Below the pieces are notes generated by a model. It was given only the letters and a program-made list of their open reading frames with translations. It was not told the origin of the DNA and did not search any database. Of a stretch of DNA of 64,000 bases, positions 9,123-19,362 are shown one piece after another. Each line of letters starts with the position of its first letter. The first letter of the stretch is position 1. The translations under genes were made by a program, and so were the position numbers. This DNA comes from a virus. The stretch is from positions 39,688 to 103,687 of IMG/VR virus record IMGVR_UViG_2974600762_000001; one strand, 5' to 3'.

Positions 9123-10745
9123 ATGAAAAAATTTGATACACAAAACAATAAGCGAGCATACATTAATTCATTGATTGAACAGCAAGACTACATTGACCCT
9201 GGGTACAATATTCATCTGTTTTCTAAGGAACGTGGTGTCTACTCTGGAGTTGTCCGTTCAGTAGAGTCACATTCAGGCCGAGCAGACCAATTTAAGTATT
9301 ACGGGTTTATTATTAACTTTCCAGAAACTTACTTTAGCTTAGAAGGTATCTCAGGGAAGAAATTGGCTAATAGTGCTAAGAACTTAGGTGACGTATTCAG
9401 TAACTCCGAAGCTTTATCAGAACAGGGGCTAAACATGTTAGTAGTTGTTGGTAATTGTCTGGCTAATATGGGTGATGAATACAGTGATAACTTAGGACGA
9501 GGCATTTACCGAGCAATTAAGAAATACCCATCTTCTGAACAAGTCTATATCAATTTCAAGGAGCATACTAATTCTTACCTTATTCGTAGTGTACAATCAT
9601 TAGATAATGCTAAGCGCCGGGAATATATTAGTGACAATGGCGATGATAGGGGCTATACTTTTAATCTGCGTAAAGCGTGGGGAGTTAGTAAAGGTAACTT
9701 TAAACTGCTAAAGGATATGGGATATCATGGTGGTGTAGAGAGCTTAGGTGACAATACCAATAATTTTAACCAGCGGTTATCATTACTACGATTAGCACGT
9801 ACTTATGTTCATGAAGTAGACGATGAACGGGGTTACCATGATGCTGATAAGTGGTTTAAACAATTGTATAATGATTTCATGGATAATCCTTATAGCACGC
9901 TAAACCAGCATGACGATAGATTCTACTGGTACAATGTACCATATATCTATCAAGCTTCGCTGCTATCTACTAATGATAAACAAGCGTGGATGCATACGGT
10001 TAAATATTTTTATGGTAGCTTATACCATCAACAGGCAATGGATGGTATTAAATATGCTGGGCGTTTGTATTTAGACTATGCTAACCTAGTTAAAGATTTC
10101 GATAGTTGGGTGCGCTACCCTCGTTACTTAGAAGTAGCTCATGCTATTGCTATCCGTAACACAAAGGCTTTAAAAAACTTCGAAGACAATCATGGTATTA
10201 TCAATAAGTACCGCAAGTATAATCATCTTGAAGGGACTAACGGTGACTATAGCTTTATGCTAGCTTATGATGCGAAAGAGATTGTTGATGAAGGCCAACA
10301 ACAAAGTAACTGTGTGGCAGGTTATGTTGATAGTGTTGCTACCGGTCAATCGTTAATTATGTTTTTGCGTAAGGAACAGGCTAAGTCTTGGGTAACCATT
10401 GAGTTGCGACAAAATATTGATGGTACTCTGACTATGTGCCAAGTGTTTGAACCATTTAATGCAGCGTTGCATGATGAATCAAAACAGGCTTTACATGCAT
10501 GGGCTAAGTTAAACAATATTAATATTGCCAAGAACATTGGTGGCTGCAATGATACTACTGGATGGGATAAGCAATATAAAAAGCAATTCCGTGTAATGCA
10601 ACCTTTAGCTGATAGCCCCCGTATGGATAAGGTTAAAAAAGAGATGGCTGAATACCAGAAGCAAGTAGAAGCTAATAAGGACGAAAAGGCTAAGTTAACC
10701 AGTAAGTTTGAAGAAGCTAATGCGACAATTAAAAAAGCAGTTTAA
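9123..10745 (+). CDS. PcfJ-like domain protein
   Basis: YLDY....YPRYLEVAH and EIVDEGQQQSNCVAGY...SLIMFLRK...WVTIEL motifs; ATG 9123 has SD GAGG. Confidence 0.8.
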   Translation: MKKFDTQNNKRAYINSLIEQQDYIDPGYNIHLFSKERGVYSGVVRSVESHSGRADQFKYYGFIINFPETYFSLEGISGKKLANSAKNLGDVFSNSEALSEQGLNMLVVVGNCLANMGDEYSDNLGRGIYRAIKKYPSSEQVYINFKEHTNSYLIRSVQSLDNAKRREYISDNGDDRGYTFNLRKAWGVSKGNFKLLKDMGYHGGVESLGDNTNNFNQRLSLLRLARTYVHEVDDERGYHDADKWFKQLYNDFMDNPYSTLNQHDDRFYWYNVPYIYQASLLSTNDKQAWMHTVKYFYGSLYHQQAMDGIKYAGRLYLDYANLVKDFDSWVRYPRYLEVAHAIAIRNTKALKNFEDNHGIINKYRKYNHLEGTNGDYSFMLAYDAKEIVDEGQQQSNCVAGYVDSVATGQSLIMFLRKEQAKSWVTIELRQNIDGTLTMCQVFEPFNAALHDESKQALHAWAKLNNINIAKNIGGCNDTTGWDKQYKKQFRVMQPLADSPRMDKVKKEMAEYQKQVEANKDEKAKLTSKFEEANATIKKAV

Positions 10746-10808
10746 GCTTGCATTATCTATAATAGTATGTTATGATTAGTTTATAAAATAAAAAGGAGAT
10801 TTCAAATT

Positions 10809-12125
10809 ATGAAATTTGTTAATCAAAGTAAACCAGTAGCACTAAAGAAGTTGGCTGTAGGGTCATTAGTTATTGAAAATATTGGAAAACGTTTGTCACC
10901 GGATTCAGTAGCCGGGCTAAAGGTAGATGACTACCATGTACTAGCATTGGGCGATGATGAAGCCAAGTTAGTAAAAATTGAAGATGGCGTTGACAATCAC
11001 TTTAAGGTAACCGTAGCCCCTAACCGAGTAGGTATCGGTTTAGAACCATCAGTTATGGATATTATCAATAATCGCATGGCAACGTCTAATTATACAGACC
11101 ATGACTTAGATTTTCCAGACACTGATGATGACTTGTACACACAAGTAAAGGATTCAGTACCAATGCCAATTGATAAGGAACCTTCAACCCTAGACAAATT
11201 AGTAGCTATTGTTAGTGATTTTTCAATTACCAAAAAGGGACGGGTGGAAAAAATTAAAAAGTTACTACAGTCCTCTAAATCACTTGCTGAACAGCTTGTA
11301 GTTAGCGAAGCTATTAAAGACTTAGAAGGTAAACATATGAGTGCCAGTGATATTGCTGATAAGTACAAGGCATGGGCTAATGACTTACAAGCTAGCTACA
11401 GTGATAATGATAGCGATGATGAACCCGTAGCTAAATCTAATTATAAGAGAGCTCTTCACTCAGCAGGGGGCGCAATTGCTAAGGCTGTATCTAGTCTTAA
11501 TACGTCTAAGGTGAGCGAAACCTTATCTAAGCTAGCCGAAGAAGCTAAGACTATCAAATTAGACGCTAAAAACCCAGATAATGATGATTACTTAAAATTC
11601 TTAGATAAGTATTTTTCAGAATTAAAGAATAATAAGTTATCTGATAGCGAAATTGTGGCCTATCTTGATAAGTTGCATTTAGATGATAAATACTTGCAAG
11701 ACGGTATTAGTACACTAAAAGGTAAGATTAAAGAAGGTACCGAAGACGCTGGTAAGGTATTAGACTTGGCTAAAGATGAATTAGAATCTCAATTCCAATT
11801 ACGATTAGGACTAAGCAAGCTAATGTCTTTATTTGGGTATGAAGAAGATGATGAGTCCAAAGATGACGATGACGACTTCACTAATGATGATGCCTTATTA
11901 GAGTTGCTTGATGAAGTTTTTGACTCGTACTACAAAGAAGGCGCTCCTAGTGATGAAGATGCCAAGCTGCTTGTTCAGGTACTAAAGTCCGTTGGGCATA
12001 TCGAAGATGAAGACTTATACAAGTTTGCTAAGAAAGTTATGTATAAGCTTACCGAAGATGATTACAAAGATAATGCTGAAAAGGTAATGGCTGATTTGGC
12101 AGAGGAATACGAACAAAAGTTTTAA
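10809..12125 (+). CDS. large acidic hypothetical protein
   Basis: 438 aa, D/E-rich C-terminal half; SD AAGGAG. Confidence 0.75.
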   Translation: MKFVNQSKPVALKKLAVGSLVIENIGKRLSPDSVAGLKVDDYHVLALGDDEAKLVKIEDGVDNHFKVTVAPNRVGIGLEPSVMDIINNRMATSNYTDHDLDFPDTDDDLYTQVKDSVPMPIDKEPSTLDKLVAIVSDFSITKKGRVEKIKKLLQSSKSLAEQLVVSEAIKDLEGKHMSASDIADKYKAWANDLQASYSDNDSDDEPVAKSNYKRALHSAGGAIAKAVSSLNTSKVSETLSKLAEEAKTIKLDAKNPDNDDYLKFLDKYFSELKNNKLSDSEIVAYLDKLHLDDKYLQDGISTLKGKIKEGTEDAGKVLDLAKDELESQFQLRLGLSKLMSLFGYEEDDESKDDDDDFTNDDALLELLDEVFDSYYKEGAPSDEDAKLLVQVLKSVGHIEDEDLYKFAKKVMYKLTEDDYKDNAEKVMADLAEEYEQKF

Positions 12126-12132
12126 TTAAATT

Positions 12133-12153
12133 GAGCCTGATGAGGGCTCTTTT
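12133..12153 (+). terminator. intrinsic terminator
   Basis: GAGCCT-gatga-GGGCTC followed by TTTT. Confidence 0.6.
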
Positions 12154-12224
12154 TAATACATATAGTATTGACACTAATATCTTAGTATGGTATGATATAC
12201 CTATAAACAATAGGAGGAATTAAT

Positions 12225-12827
12225 GTGAAATTGAATTTGGAAACTGAGGAGCTAAAACCATTATTACCGCATTGCAAAGTAACTGATGATTATGTTGCTT
12301 TCTTCTCAGATAAAAGTGTGTTTAGCAATGGGTATGATTGTGAGTTTAACTATGATGACAAGGGCGTACATAGCGCTCAACAAGCCTTAGTATATGGAAA
12401 AGCTTTATTGTTGGGAGATTACTCTATAGCAGAAAAGGTGTTGGATACCAAGAATGCCCCTATGGCCTATCACAAACTAAACAAGCAGATTAATGGTGAC
12501 GTTAACTTATGGGAAAATTATCGTAGTCGAGTAATGATTTCTATTTTAGACGATAAGTTTAATGATAGTGAACGTCTATACTTGCTAAAAGCTACTGGTA
12601 ATCGTAAGCTGTTACTAGCATCCCCTTATGATAGCATTTGGGGTATTGGTGCCGGTCTTAGCAAGGTAGATACAGTATGGAATAGCTATACTGGTAAAAA
12701 CCTATTGGGTGAATCTTTGATGAAAGTACGAAATATTAACTACAACGCATGGCCGGTATTCACTGCTCAAACACAGGAAGCTGATATTCATATTGGTAAT
12801 ATCAATGCTAGCTTGTTGTTATCCTAA
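12225..12827 (+). CDS. NADAR (YbiA-like) family protein, degenerate motifs
   Basis: FSN.Y..F, KA.L.GD, KF, LL.TG.R.L..ASPYDSIWGIG, G.NLLG..LM.VR. Confidence 0.8.
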   Translation: MKLNLETEELKPLLPHCKVTDDYVAFFSDKSVFSNGYDCEFNYDDKGVHSAQQALVYGKALLLGDYSIAEKVLDTKNAPMAYHKLNKQINGDVNLWENYRSRVMISILDDKFNDSERLYLLKATGNRKLLLASPYDSIWGIGAGLSKVDTVWNSYTGKNLLGESLMKVRNINYNAWPVFTAQTQEADIHIGNINASLLLS

Positions 12828-12837
12828 GGAGGATACT

Positions 12838-13335
12838 ATGAAACCACTCATAATTGCGGTATTGATAACCTTTTACTGTATTGCCTTAGCACTTAGCTGG
12901 TGTACAGCCCTCGAACGTTTTGCTAATCCTAATAACGAGGTAGGACAGTCGCTGTTAGACGCTTCAATAGCAATTCTCATAGCTACAATAGCAACACTGT
13001 ATCTTCTACTTGGTAACAGTGTGATATCGCCAAGAACTGTGCATACTAGTTACCCAATTGATAGGGTTGCTAGAACAGGAGACTATGTAACTGTTGCTGC
13101 TAAGGGCCATAAGGATATTAGGATTGGCCTAAGTAAGACTAAATCAGAGCCCTATAGTGATAAGGATGTTGTTAGAATTACTGATGAACAATATATCACT
13201 AGTGTTAAACTGTTCCAAGCTATGTTTGGCAGCGAGGTACTCGGGCACGATAAACATTATTCAGTATATCTAGATGGCCCAGACACTATTAGAGATTTAT
13301 ACAGCACAAACAAAGGGTTCACACATGTTAATTAG
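12838..13335 (+). CDS. membrane-anchored protein (2 N-terminal TMs)
   Basis: SD AAGGAGG before ATG 12838; paralogous to next gene. Confidence 0.7.
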   Translation: MKPLIIAVLITFYCIALALSWCTALERFANPNNEVGQSLLDASIAILIATIATLYLLLGNSVISPRTVHTSYPIDRVARTGDYVTVAAKGHKDIRIGLSKTKSEPYSDKDVVRITDEQYITSVKLFQAMFGSEVLGHDKHYSVYLDGPDTIRDLYSTNKGFTHVN

Positions 13336-13346
13336 GGGGATAAATT

Positions 13347-13823
13347 TTGGCATTTATAATTGTAGTAGCTATGATTGCATATTGTATAGTTTTATCGTTT
13401 AGTTGGTATAATGCTATTGGATATCTTAAGGACCCTCATAGCGGCGATTTTGAAGATATTCTGATTGGCTTAACAGTAGTTACATCAATAGTTTTAATGT
13501 TTGTTGTAGGTCTTTCAGTGCTTTATGACAGAGATGTTAGTACAAACATCAGAATTACTGAGGTAGCTAAAGTTGGTAATCGGGTGACTGCTATCCATAA
13601 CGGCGCTGAAATAACTAAAGTTAATATTGACAAGGTTAGGATAAGTGAGAATAATCATGACTATGTAAAGGTTGAAAATAGCCAGAAAATCATGCGGAGT
13701 AAAACGATGCAAGCTATAAAAGGTTCTAAAATACTAACACAGGATAAGGAATATACTATTTATCTAGGGAATAAAAGTACCCTAAACGAATTGGGAATAA
13801 AGGTTCATAAAAGTAACAAATAA
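13347..13823 (+). CDS. membrane-anchored protein, paralogue of 12838..13335
   Basis: Shared YCI.LS.SW, RV.R.G..VT and Y.+YL pattern. Confidence 0.7.
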   Translation: MAFIIVVAMIAYCIVLSFSWYNAIGYLKDPHSGDFEDILIGLTVVTSIVLMFVVGLSVLYDRDVSTNIRITEVAKVGNRVTAIHNGAEITKVNIDKVRISENNHDYVKVENSQKIMRSKTMQAIKGSKILTQDKEYTIYLGNKSTLNELGIKVHKSNK

Positions 13824-13826
13824 GTA

Positions 13827-13856
13827 TTGACAAAGGGTACTATAACTGGTATCCTT
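13827..13856 (+). promoter_or_regulatory. hairpin-in-spacer promoter
   Basis: TTGACA AAGGGTACTA taac TGGTATCCTT. Confidence 0.75.
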
Positions 13857-13895
13857 ATATACATAAAAATATTATTAGGAAGAAGGAAAATAATA

Positions 13896-14378
13896 ATGAC
13901 AAATCAAAAGACAGTTTATAACGGTGGAGGATGGTTTAATAGTGTACAGTGTAAACTATTATCTGATGGTAGAGAAGCTTTAATTGCTAACCCTACAATT
14001 GACTTTGACAACTCATATGTACCATTAGAGCATCAATATAAGGACTTAAATGTGGAACTTAACCCTGAATTAATGCAAGACCAAGAATGGCAAGCTGGTA
14101 CCTATTTAGGGGATGTATCAGGAATTTCTGGCACAGACTTAGTGGTAGCTTTTATTGACCCTGATGAAGTAGACCCCGGGACTACATTTGAAATGGGGTA
14201 TGGTATGGCTATTCATAAGCCAGTAGTGGTTGTCATTCCAGATAAAGCAGAAGGAGAAGTTACCGAACTTAATCTAATGGTAGCCAAAGGATGCACCCAA
14301 GTAATCACAATGAGTGAATTAGCTACTTTTAACTTTAACCTTATTCCAGCTAAGCCATATTTAGGTAAAGTATTTTAA
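13896..14378 (+). CDS. ndt: nucleoside 2-deoxyribosyltransferase
   Basis: Y.GGGWF, PLEHQ, D....D.VVA, DPGTTFEMGY..A.HKPVVVV, LNLM motifs. Confidence 0.9.
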   Translation: MTNQKTVYNGGGWFNSVQCKLLSDGREALIANPTIDFDNSYVPLEHQYKDLNVELNPELMQDQEWQAGTYLGDVSGISGTDLVVAFIDPDEVDPGTTFEMGYGMAIHKPVVVVIPDKAEGEVTELNLMVAKGCTQVITMSELATFNFNLIPAKPYLGKVF

Positions 14379-14460
14379 ATAAATATTGACAAAGCATAGC
14401 AGAAATTGTAATTTAAATTTTAGAATTGTTAAATACTATCTGAGAAAGGAACTTTAGATA

Positions 14461-15471
14461 ATGATAATTAGAATTGAAGTACCAAATAAACTATTAATAG
14501 AACATTTTAAGGATACCTTGAATAAAATAGGGCAAGTGTGTTTAAGGGACTACTATGGTAATCCTAAGAGTATTTATGTAAGCAGTGACACCTGTTTACA
14601 GTTGCATACAGGTTTTAGCTACTATAGTCCTTTTGGGGCGTATAGGGTCATCGAGGATAACAGTAAAGAGTCAGAACAACGTTCAATAGTTACTGTGACT
14701 ATAAGTGACCGTTCTTACCGTGACAATCTTTATAACTACTGGGTTAAGGGCAAAACGACTGTAAAGCTTGATGACTTTTTGAATAAAATATCTAGTAATA
14801 GTCAAGATAGCACTGACACTAGGATAGAAGAGGATTATCCAAAATACTTTGTTGAGCTAACTTTTGAGATTCCTTATGGTGGTAAAAAATTATATTCAAA
14901 GTTCTGGAGCTTTCCAAATGGTTTAAAGTTAAGTCTTTCAGATAGAACTAGAATTGCTCTGGAGCATGACATTGGAGAAGAACTAAGCAATTCGGACTAT
15001 CCTGAATTAATCCAGCTAGGTGATGACGAAGACTTTAATGAGGTACTTGATATTCAGCTATATTATGACAAAGACTGTAAAAAGTTCAGCAACGTCATTG
15101 CACATTGGCCAGTGGAGTCTATTAGTGAGTATCTAGTTGAGTCCAAGCTGCATAAAAGCTTACTAGTTATGTTAAAAGGACATGATGGCAGCTGGTTTCC
15201 TAGTCATGGGAAGACAAAACTAGACAGTGAAGACCTAGAATATATCTTAAGAAACTATCCTAAAATTGATAGTACATTTAAACTAACTTTTAATATTATG
15301 TCTAATGAAAAATATGGTGGCCCGAATAGAGTCAATAAGTTTATTAAGAACCGAAAGGAAATTATGATAGCTGATTCACAACACTACGTCGAAGAGATGA
15401 CTGGTTATACTGAGGATGACGGGAAAATATATGCTGAGCCATCCTTAATCAGTGACTTAATGTTTTACTAG
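14461..15471 (+). CDS. hypothetical protein
   Basis: 336-aa ORF with SD AAAGGA. Confidence 0.7.
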   Translation: MIIRIEVPNKLLIEHFKDTLNKIGQVCLRDYYGNPKSIYVSSDTCLQLHTGFSYYSPFGAYRVIEDNSKESEQRSIVTVTISDRSYRDNLYNYWVKGKTTVKLDDFLNKISSNSQDSTDTRIEEDYPKYFVELTFEIPYGGKKLYSKFWSFPNGLKLSLSDRTRIALEHDIGEELSNSDYPELIQLGDDEDFNEVLDIQLYYDKDCKKFSNVIAHWPVESISEYLVESKLHKSLLVMLKGHDGSWFPSHGKTKLDSEDLEYILRNYPKIDSTFKLTFNIMSNEKYGGPNRVNKFIKNRKEIMIADSQHYVEEMTGYTEDDGKIYAEPSLISDLMFY

Positions 15472-15487
15472 AAGGAGACCGAGAAGT

Positions 15488-15685
15488 ATGGATAAGTTTA
15501 ATATTGTTTCAATTAGTAATTTTGATTTAGATACCTATAACGAGCACATAGTTGCAAAGGACGTTCCTATTTATTACGCAAAAGTTATCGTTGAAGCTTT
15601 CAATAAAAAGTTTTCAGGGCCAGACTGTGCAGACTATTTCGTAATTAAACCAACAGACTATGTACCACATGTGTTTGAGCCCTAG
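15488..15685 (+). CDS. hypothetical protein
   Basis: SD AAGGAG. Confidence 0.65.
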   Translation: MDKFNIVSISNFDLDTYNEHIVAKDVPIYYAKVIVEAFNKKFSGPDCADYFVIKPTDYVPHVFEP

Positions 15686-15713
15686 CTGACAGCTGATAAG
15701 GAGGGACTAAATT

Positions 15714-16001
15714 ATGAAGTCTTTTATGACGGCCAAAGAAGCTATTACTACTAGTAATAACAACCGGAATAAAAAGATAGCATACTATTATTTCGAAATT
15801 TCTAAAGACAGAATTGTTAAGAAAATCGAGCGTGCAATAACTAAGACAGTGCTTAATGGAGAGATGAGTTGTCGTGTTGTTTGCTGGAAGACACCTAGTG
15901 ATAAAAGAGATGAAGCTATTAAAACATATTTTAGTAATCTAGGATATAACATTGATTCTTCAAACGGTATATATTACATTAGGTTTCAGCCTAGGAGATA
16001 A
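15714..16001 (+). CDS. hypothetical protein
   Basis: SD AAGGAGG. Confidence 0.65.
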   Translation: MKSFMTAKEAITTSNNNRNKKIAYYYFEISKDRIVKKIERAITKTVLNGEMSCRVVCWKTPSDKRDEAIKTYFSNLGYNIDSSNGIYYIRFQPRR

Positions 16002-16041
16002 TAGTATTGGTATATCTAGGTAAAGTGTTTTAAATAATTAG

Positions 16042-16071
16042 TTGACAAAGCATATCAGAAATGGTATGCTT
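16042..16071 (+). promoter_or_regulatory. hairpin-in-spacer promoter
   Basis: TTGACA AAGCATATCA gaaa TGGTATGCTT. Confidence 0.8.
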
Positions 16072-16096
16072 TTATTATAGAAAGAAGGAATAAAAT

Positions 16097-18490
16097 ATGA
16101 GAGTCATTTATTGCACAGTAGGAATGCCAGCATCCGGCAAGAGTACATTTTTGAAGCATTCACCATTAAAAGATTATGTGGTTGCTACTGATGAGTTACG
16201 TAAACTGGTATCAACACCACAAATTAATTATACACTTGACACTGATGCAATTACTATTGGGCTAAATAATGATATTAATAAGAAAGTTTGGGATATGACT
16301 TATACACTGGTTGAGGATAGAATGAAGAACGGTGAAACTATTGCAGTTGATGCAACTTTTCTGTTTAAGTCTCCCTTCTCAACTATTAAAAAGTTATGTA
16401 AGTTATACAATTATCGGTTAATTACGATTGATTTTATTAATACCGGATTAACTTTTGAACAATTATTAGACCGAAATAATAATATTGACCGAGTGAAAGA
16501 GCACAAGGATGTATCTTATGATACTATGAAGAAGTTCTGGAATCGCCAGCAGAATATCACTGTCCCTAATAACTGGAACATGATTAAACCAGAAGAGCTA
16601 GAACAATCATTAGCTTGGCACTGCTCCAATGTTGACAACTATAAACAAGTTATTGTTATCGGGGATACTCATAGTGGCTATACAGTGTTAACTGCTGCTC
16701 TTAAAGACAATGACCCGATTGATAACCCTGATAAGTTATATGTTTTCTTAGGGGACTACTTAGACCGAGGAACTAAACCAGCAGAAACATTCAAGTGGCT
16801 ATATGAACGCAAGGATTTACCTAATATGGTTCTGCTACGAGGTAACCATGAGTATCATTTAGAACACCACTACCAAGGACTACCCATCACTAATAGTGGT
16901 TCTCGCAAGGAAACAATCCCAGCATTATATAAAGCAGGCATCACTAAGGAAGATATTCGTAAGTTTGTCCGTAAGCTACAAGACGTTTACTATATTGAAT
17001 ATCATGGTCAAAAGTATCTATTCAGCCATGCTGGGGTTCCAACGACACCTGAGTTTTTAAAAACAACCACGGGCATTCCACTATTTGTGGATACTAAAAT
17101 TGGCTTAGAAGAAATTAACCTATTAGATGAATCTGTATTTACTAAAGGTATTGGTGGTTTTAAGATTAATCTAGAACAATATAATCATGATTATAACAAC
17201 GGAGTGGATTACCCAATTCAAATTCACGGCCACCGCAATGTTCAACTTAACAAGGCTAAGTGGGGTAATACCATTAACCTAGAGCAACAAGTAGATGCTG
17301 GGGGTAACCTAGCCATGGTAGTGCTAACAGGCGATACTCATGAGATTAAGCTGGTTAAAAATAACGACTTTGACTATGCCTACGCCACTGACAAGGCCGA
17401 TATTGATTTAAATAGTCTTAGCAATGAACAGGTTAAAGACATCATGGAAAGAACACAGGGCATTCGACAAAAACGTGACGCTAGTGGGTTAACCGCTAAT
17501 AACTTTACCCCGGAAGTGTTTTATGGGGATACCTTTAATAAGTTTAGTGTTACTGCTAGAGGATTATTTACTGATAGCAAGGGAAATGTACAACTACGTG
17601 GGTTTAATAAGTTCTTTGTTCTTGACCAGCGACCTGAGACTGAACTTGGTACAGTGCTAAAGAATGCTAAATATCCTGCGGTTGCTGCTAAAAAGTATGA
17701 CGGTCACTTATCATTGCTAGGGTGGTACGATGGGAAGCCCCGTATGTTCACGAAGAGTGGCTCAACTGAGTTAGCTAAGGTTGACTGGCACAACTTTAGT
17801 CGGTACTTGCACGATATTGATAGGTATACATTCATGGAAGACTGGCTAAAATTGCATCAGAATAAGACTATCTTAATGGAATCTCTTAATGCAGCCGAAG
17901 ACGCTCACTTGGTAGATACTCATGGTAAGGTTGGTTTTAGATTGCTAGAGGTAATTGAAAATAAGTATGAACCCACCGGTGGACATAATTTCGTAGATAC
18001 TAACTTGCTAACCGCATTATTGGGGGAAACTGACAAGTGCTACTTGAAGATGGCTGAACGTTATGAAATTGCTAATGATAAGGAATTAATGGAACTAATT
18101 AATAGTTCTAAACAAACTAACTACAAGTTACCATTGGGTAGCTACTATCAAGGGATTGACCCTACTACTTATGAAGGTTGGGTACTGACGTTTGCTAATG
18201 GGTTTAAGGTTAAGGTTAAAAATGCCTATTTCTTAGCTATTAAAGAATTTCGTAGTAAGCTAGAAGTGGCCCTAGATAACCCAATGTACTATAGTGATGC
18301 AACTAACTGGGATAATTTAATTGAACGTAGTTATAATGTCCAGTCTAAGCGATTACTAAGAGCTGTTGCTGGTAAGGAGTTTGCGCCTTTCTTTGAAAAT
18401 CGAGATAAAATGGGTAATATTGACCTACCACAGGCTTTGAAAGCTGCTGGGCTAGACCATAATAAGATTGTTGAAATTATTAGTGATTAA
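16097..18490 (+). CDS. trifunctional RNA repair enzyme: polynucleotide kinase + metallophosphoesterase + RNA ligase
   Basis: P-loop GMPASGKST with DE.R; GDTH, GDYLDRG, RGNHE, HAG, HGH phosphoesterase motifs; ligase KYDG, EG.V, KVK motifs. Confidence 0.9.
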   Translation: MRVIYCTVGMPASGKSTFLKHSPLKDYVVATDELRKLVSTPQINYTLDTDAITIGLNNDINKKVWDMTYTLVEDRMKNGETIAVDATFLFKSPFSTIKKLCKLYNYRLITIDFINTGLTFEQLLDRNNNIDRVKEHKDVSYDTMKKFWNRQQNITVPNNWNMIKPEELEQSLAWHCSNVDNYKQVIVIGDTHSGYTVLTAALKDNDPIDNPDKLYVFLGDYLDRGTKPAETFKWLYERKDLPNMVLLRGNHEYHLEHHYQGLPITNSGSRKETIPALYKAGITKEDIRKFVRKLQDVYYIEYHGQKYLFSHAGVPTTPEFLKTTTGIPLFVDTKIGLEEINLLDESVFTKGIGGFKINLEQYNHDYNNGVDYPIQIHGHRNVQLNKAKWGNTINLEQQVDAGGNLAMVVLTGDTHEIKLVKNNDFDYAYATDKADIDLNSLSNEQVKDIMERTQGIRQKRDASGLTANNFTPEVFYGDTFNKFSVTARGLFTDSKGNVQLRGFNKFFVLDQRPETELGTVLKNAKYPAVAAKKYDGHLSLLGWYDGKPRMFTKSGSTELAKVDWHNFSRYLHDIDRYTFMEDWLKLHQNKTILMESLNAAEDAHLVDTHGKVGFRLLEVIENKYEPTGGHNFVDTNLLTALLGETDKCYLKMAERYEIANDKELMELINSSKQTNYKLPLGSYYQGIDPTTYEGWVLTFANGFKVKVKNAYFLAIKEFRSKLEVALDNPMYYSDATNWDNLIERSYNVQSKRLLRAVAGKEFAPFFENRDKMGNIDLPQALKAAGLDHNKIVEIISD

Positions 18491-18504
18491 CTTAAAATAA
18501 AGTA

Positions 18505-18534
18505 TTGACAGAGGGTACCAGAGATGGTATCCTT
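18505..18534 (+). promoter_or_regulatory. hairpin-in-spacer promoter
   Basis: TTGACA GAGGGTACCA gaga TGGTATCCTT. Confidence 0.8.
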
Positions 18535-18558
18535 TTAGTATAGAAAGAAGGAAGTAAA

Positions 18559-18834
18559 ATGAAATTTGATAAGAATAGTACTACTAAATATAAAGATAAT
18601 CAAGCTTGGGAAGTTGGGGATTTGATTTATGGTGCTGAGGATGAGCTATATCTAGTGGCTGGAGTAGCTGATGTAGGTAACAGAGTAAGTGGGAATATTT
18701 TCTATACTTTGGTTAACCTAGAAGACGGTTATAGCTCAAATAGCTATAAAACTATTGCGGAGTTACAGCATCATACTGGTGATGCTAACGACAGGATTCT
18801 TACTGGGACTTTTAAATACGAGGCTGACAAGTAA
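18559..18834 (+). CDS. small beta-domain hypothetical protein
   Basis: W.VGDL....LY.V....Y.LVNL..G pattern shared with 35664..35948. Confidence 0.65.
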   Translation: MKFDKNSTTKYKDNQAWEVGDLIYGAEDELYLVAGVADVGNRVSGNIFYTLVNLEDGYSSNSYKTIAELQHHTGDANDRILTGTFKYEADK

Positions 18835-18913
18835 GTTAGTTTAATAGAACTAAAAAGTATCCGTATTACACTCAAACCATATCTTTTATGAGTAAAAAAA
18901 GGAGAAATAGTTT

Positions 18914-19303
18914 ATGGAACAACTAGACCTGTTTGCAACTACAACTACAACAACCAGTACAACTACTAGGAAAGTTACCCGTAAGCGTAAACGTAAGGTT
19001 AAGATAACTACCACCACTACCACTACACAGCCCATCAATCAGCTAATTGTTGATGAAGAGTCAAAGCTAAAAGAACTGTTATCTCAGCCCAAACAATTCG
19101 ATGCTCTGAGAGGGGCTATAAGCTGGTTTAAGTCCAAACAGTATACTTGGTACTGTAACACGGTAGAACGTCCTGAGCGAGCTCTGAGGGGTCTTCAAAG
19201 CCATTTGAACGTGTCTGACGATAAATTTTATAAGATGTTGCTTAATGACAAGGTAATGGTAGGGTTAGCAAAAGGAACCTATTTGATTTATTTTAAAAAA
19301 TAG
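18914..19303 (+). CDS. hypothetical protein with N-terminal poly-Thr/basic tract
   Basis: TTTTTTSTTTRKVTRKRKRKVKITTTTTTTQ; SD GGAG. Confidence 0.7.
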   Translation: MEQLDLFATTTTTTSTTTRKVTRKRKRKVKITTTTTTTQPINQLIVDEESKLKELLSQPKQFDALRGAISWFKSKQYTWYCNTVERPERALRGLQSHLNVSDDKFYKMLLNDKVMVGLAKGTYLIYFKK

Positions 19304-19304
19304 T

Positions 19305-19334
19305 TTGACACAGGATACTATTGATGGTATCTTG
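19305..19334 (+). promoter_or_regulatory. hairpin-in-spacer promoter
   Basis: TTGACA CAGGATACTA ttga TGGTATCTTG. Confidence 0.75.
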
Positions 19335-19362
19335 TATACATACAAAGAGGAGGAAACAAATT

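Noticed and set aside
9123-10745. Possible anti-CRISPR role for the PcfJ-domain protein
   Set aside because: I cannot tie PcfJ to a demonstrated Acr activity from sequence; left as an annotation only.
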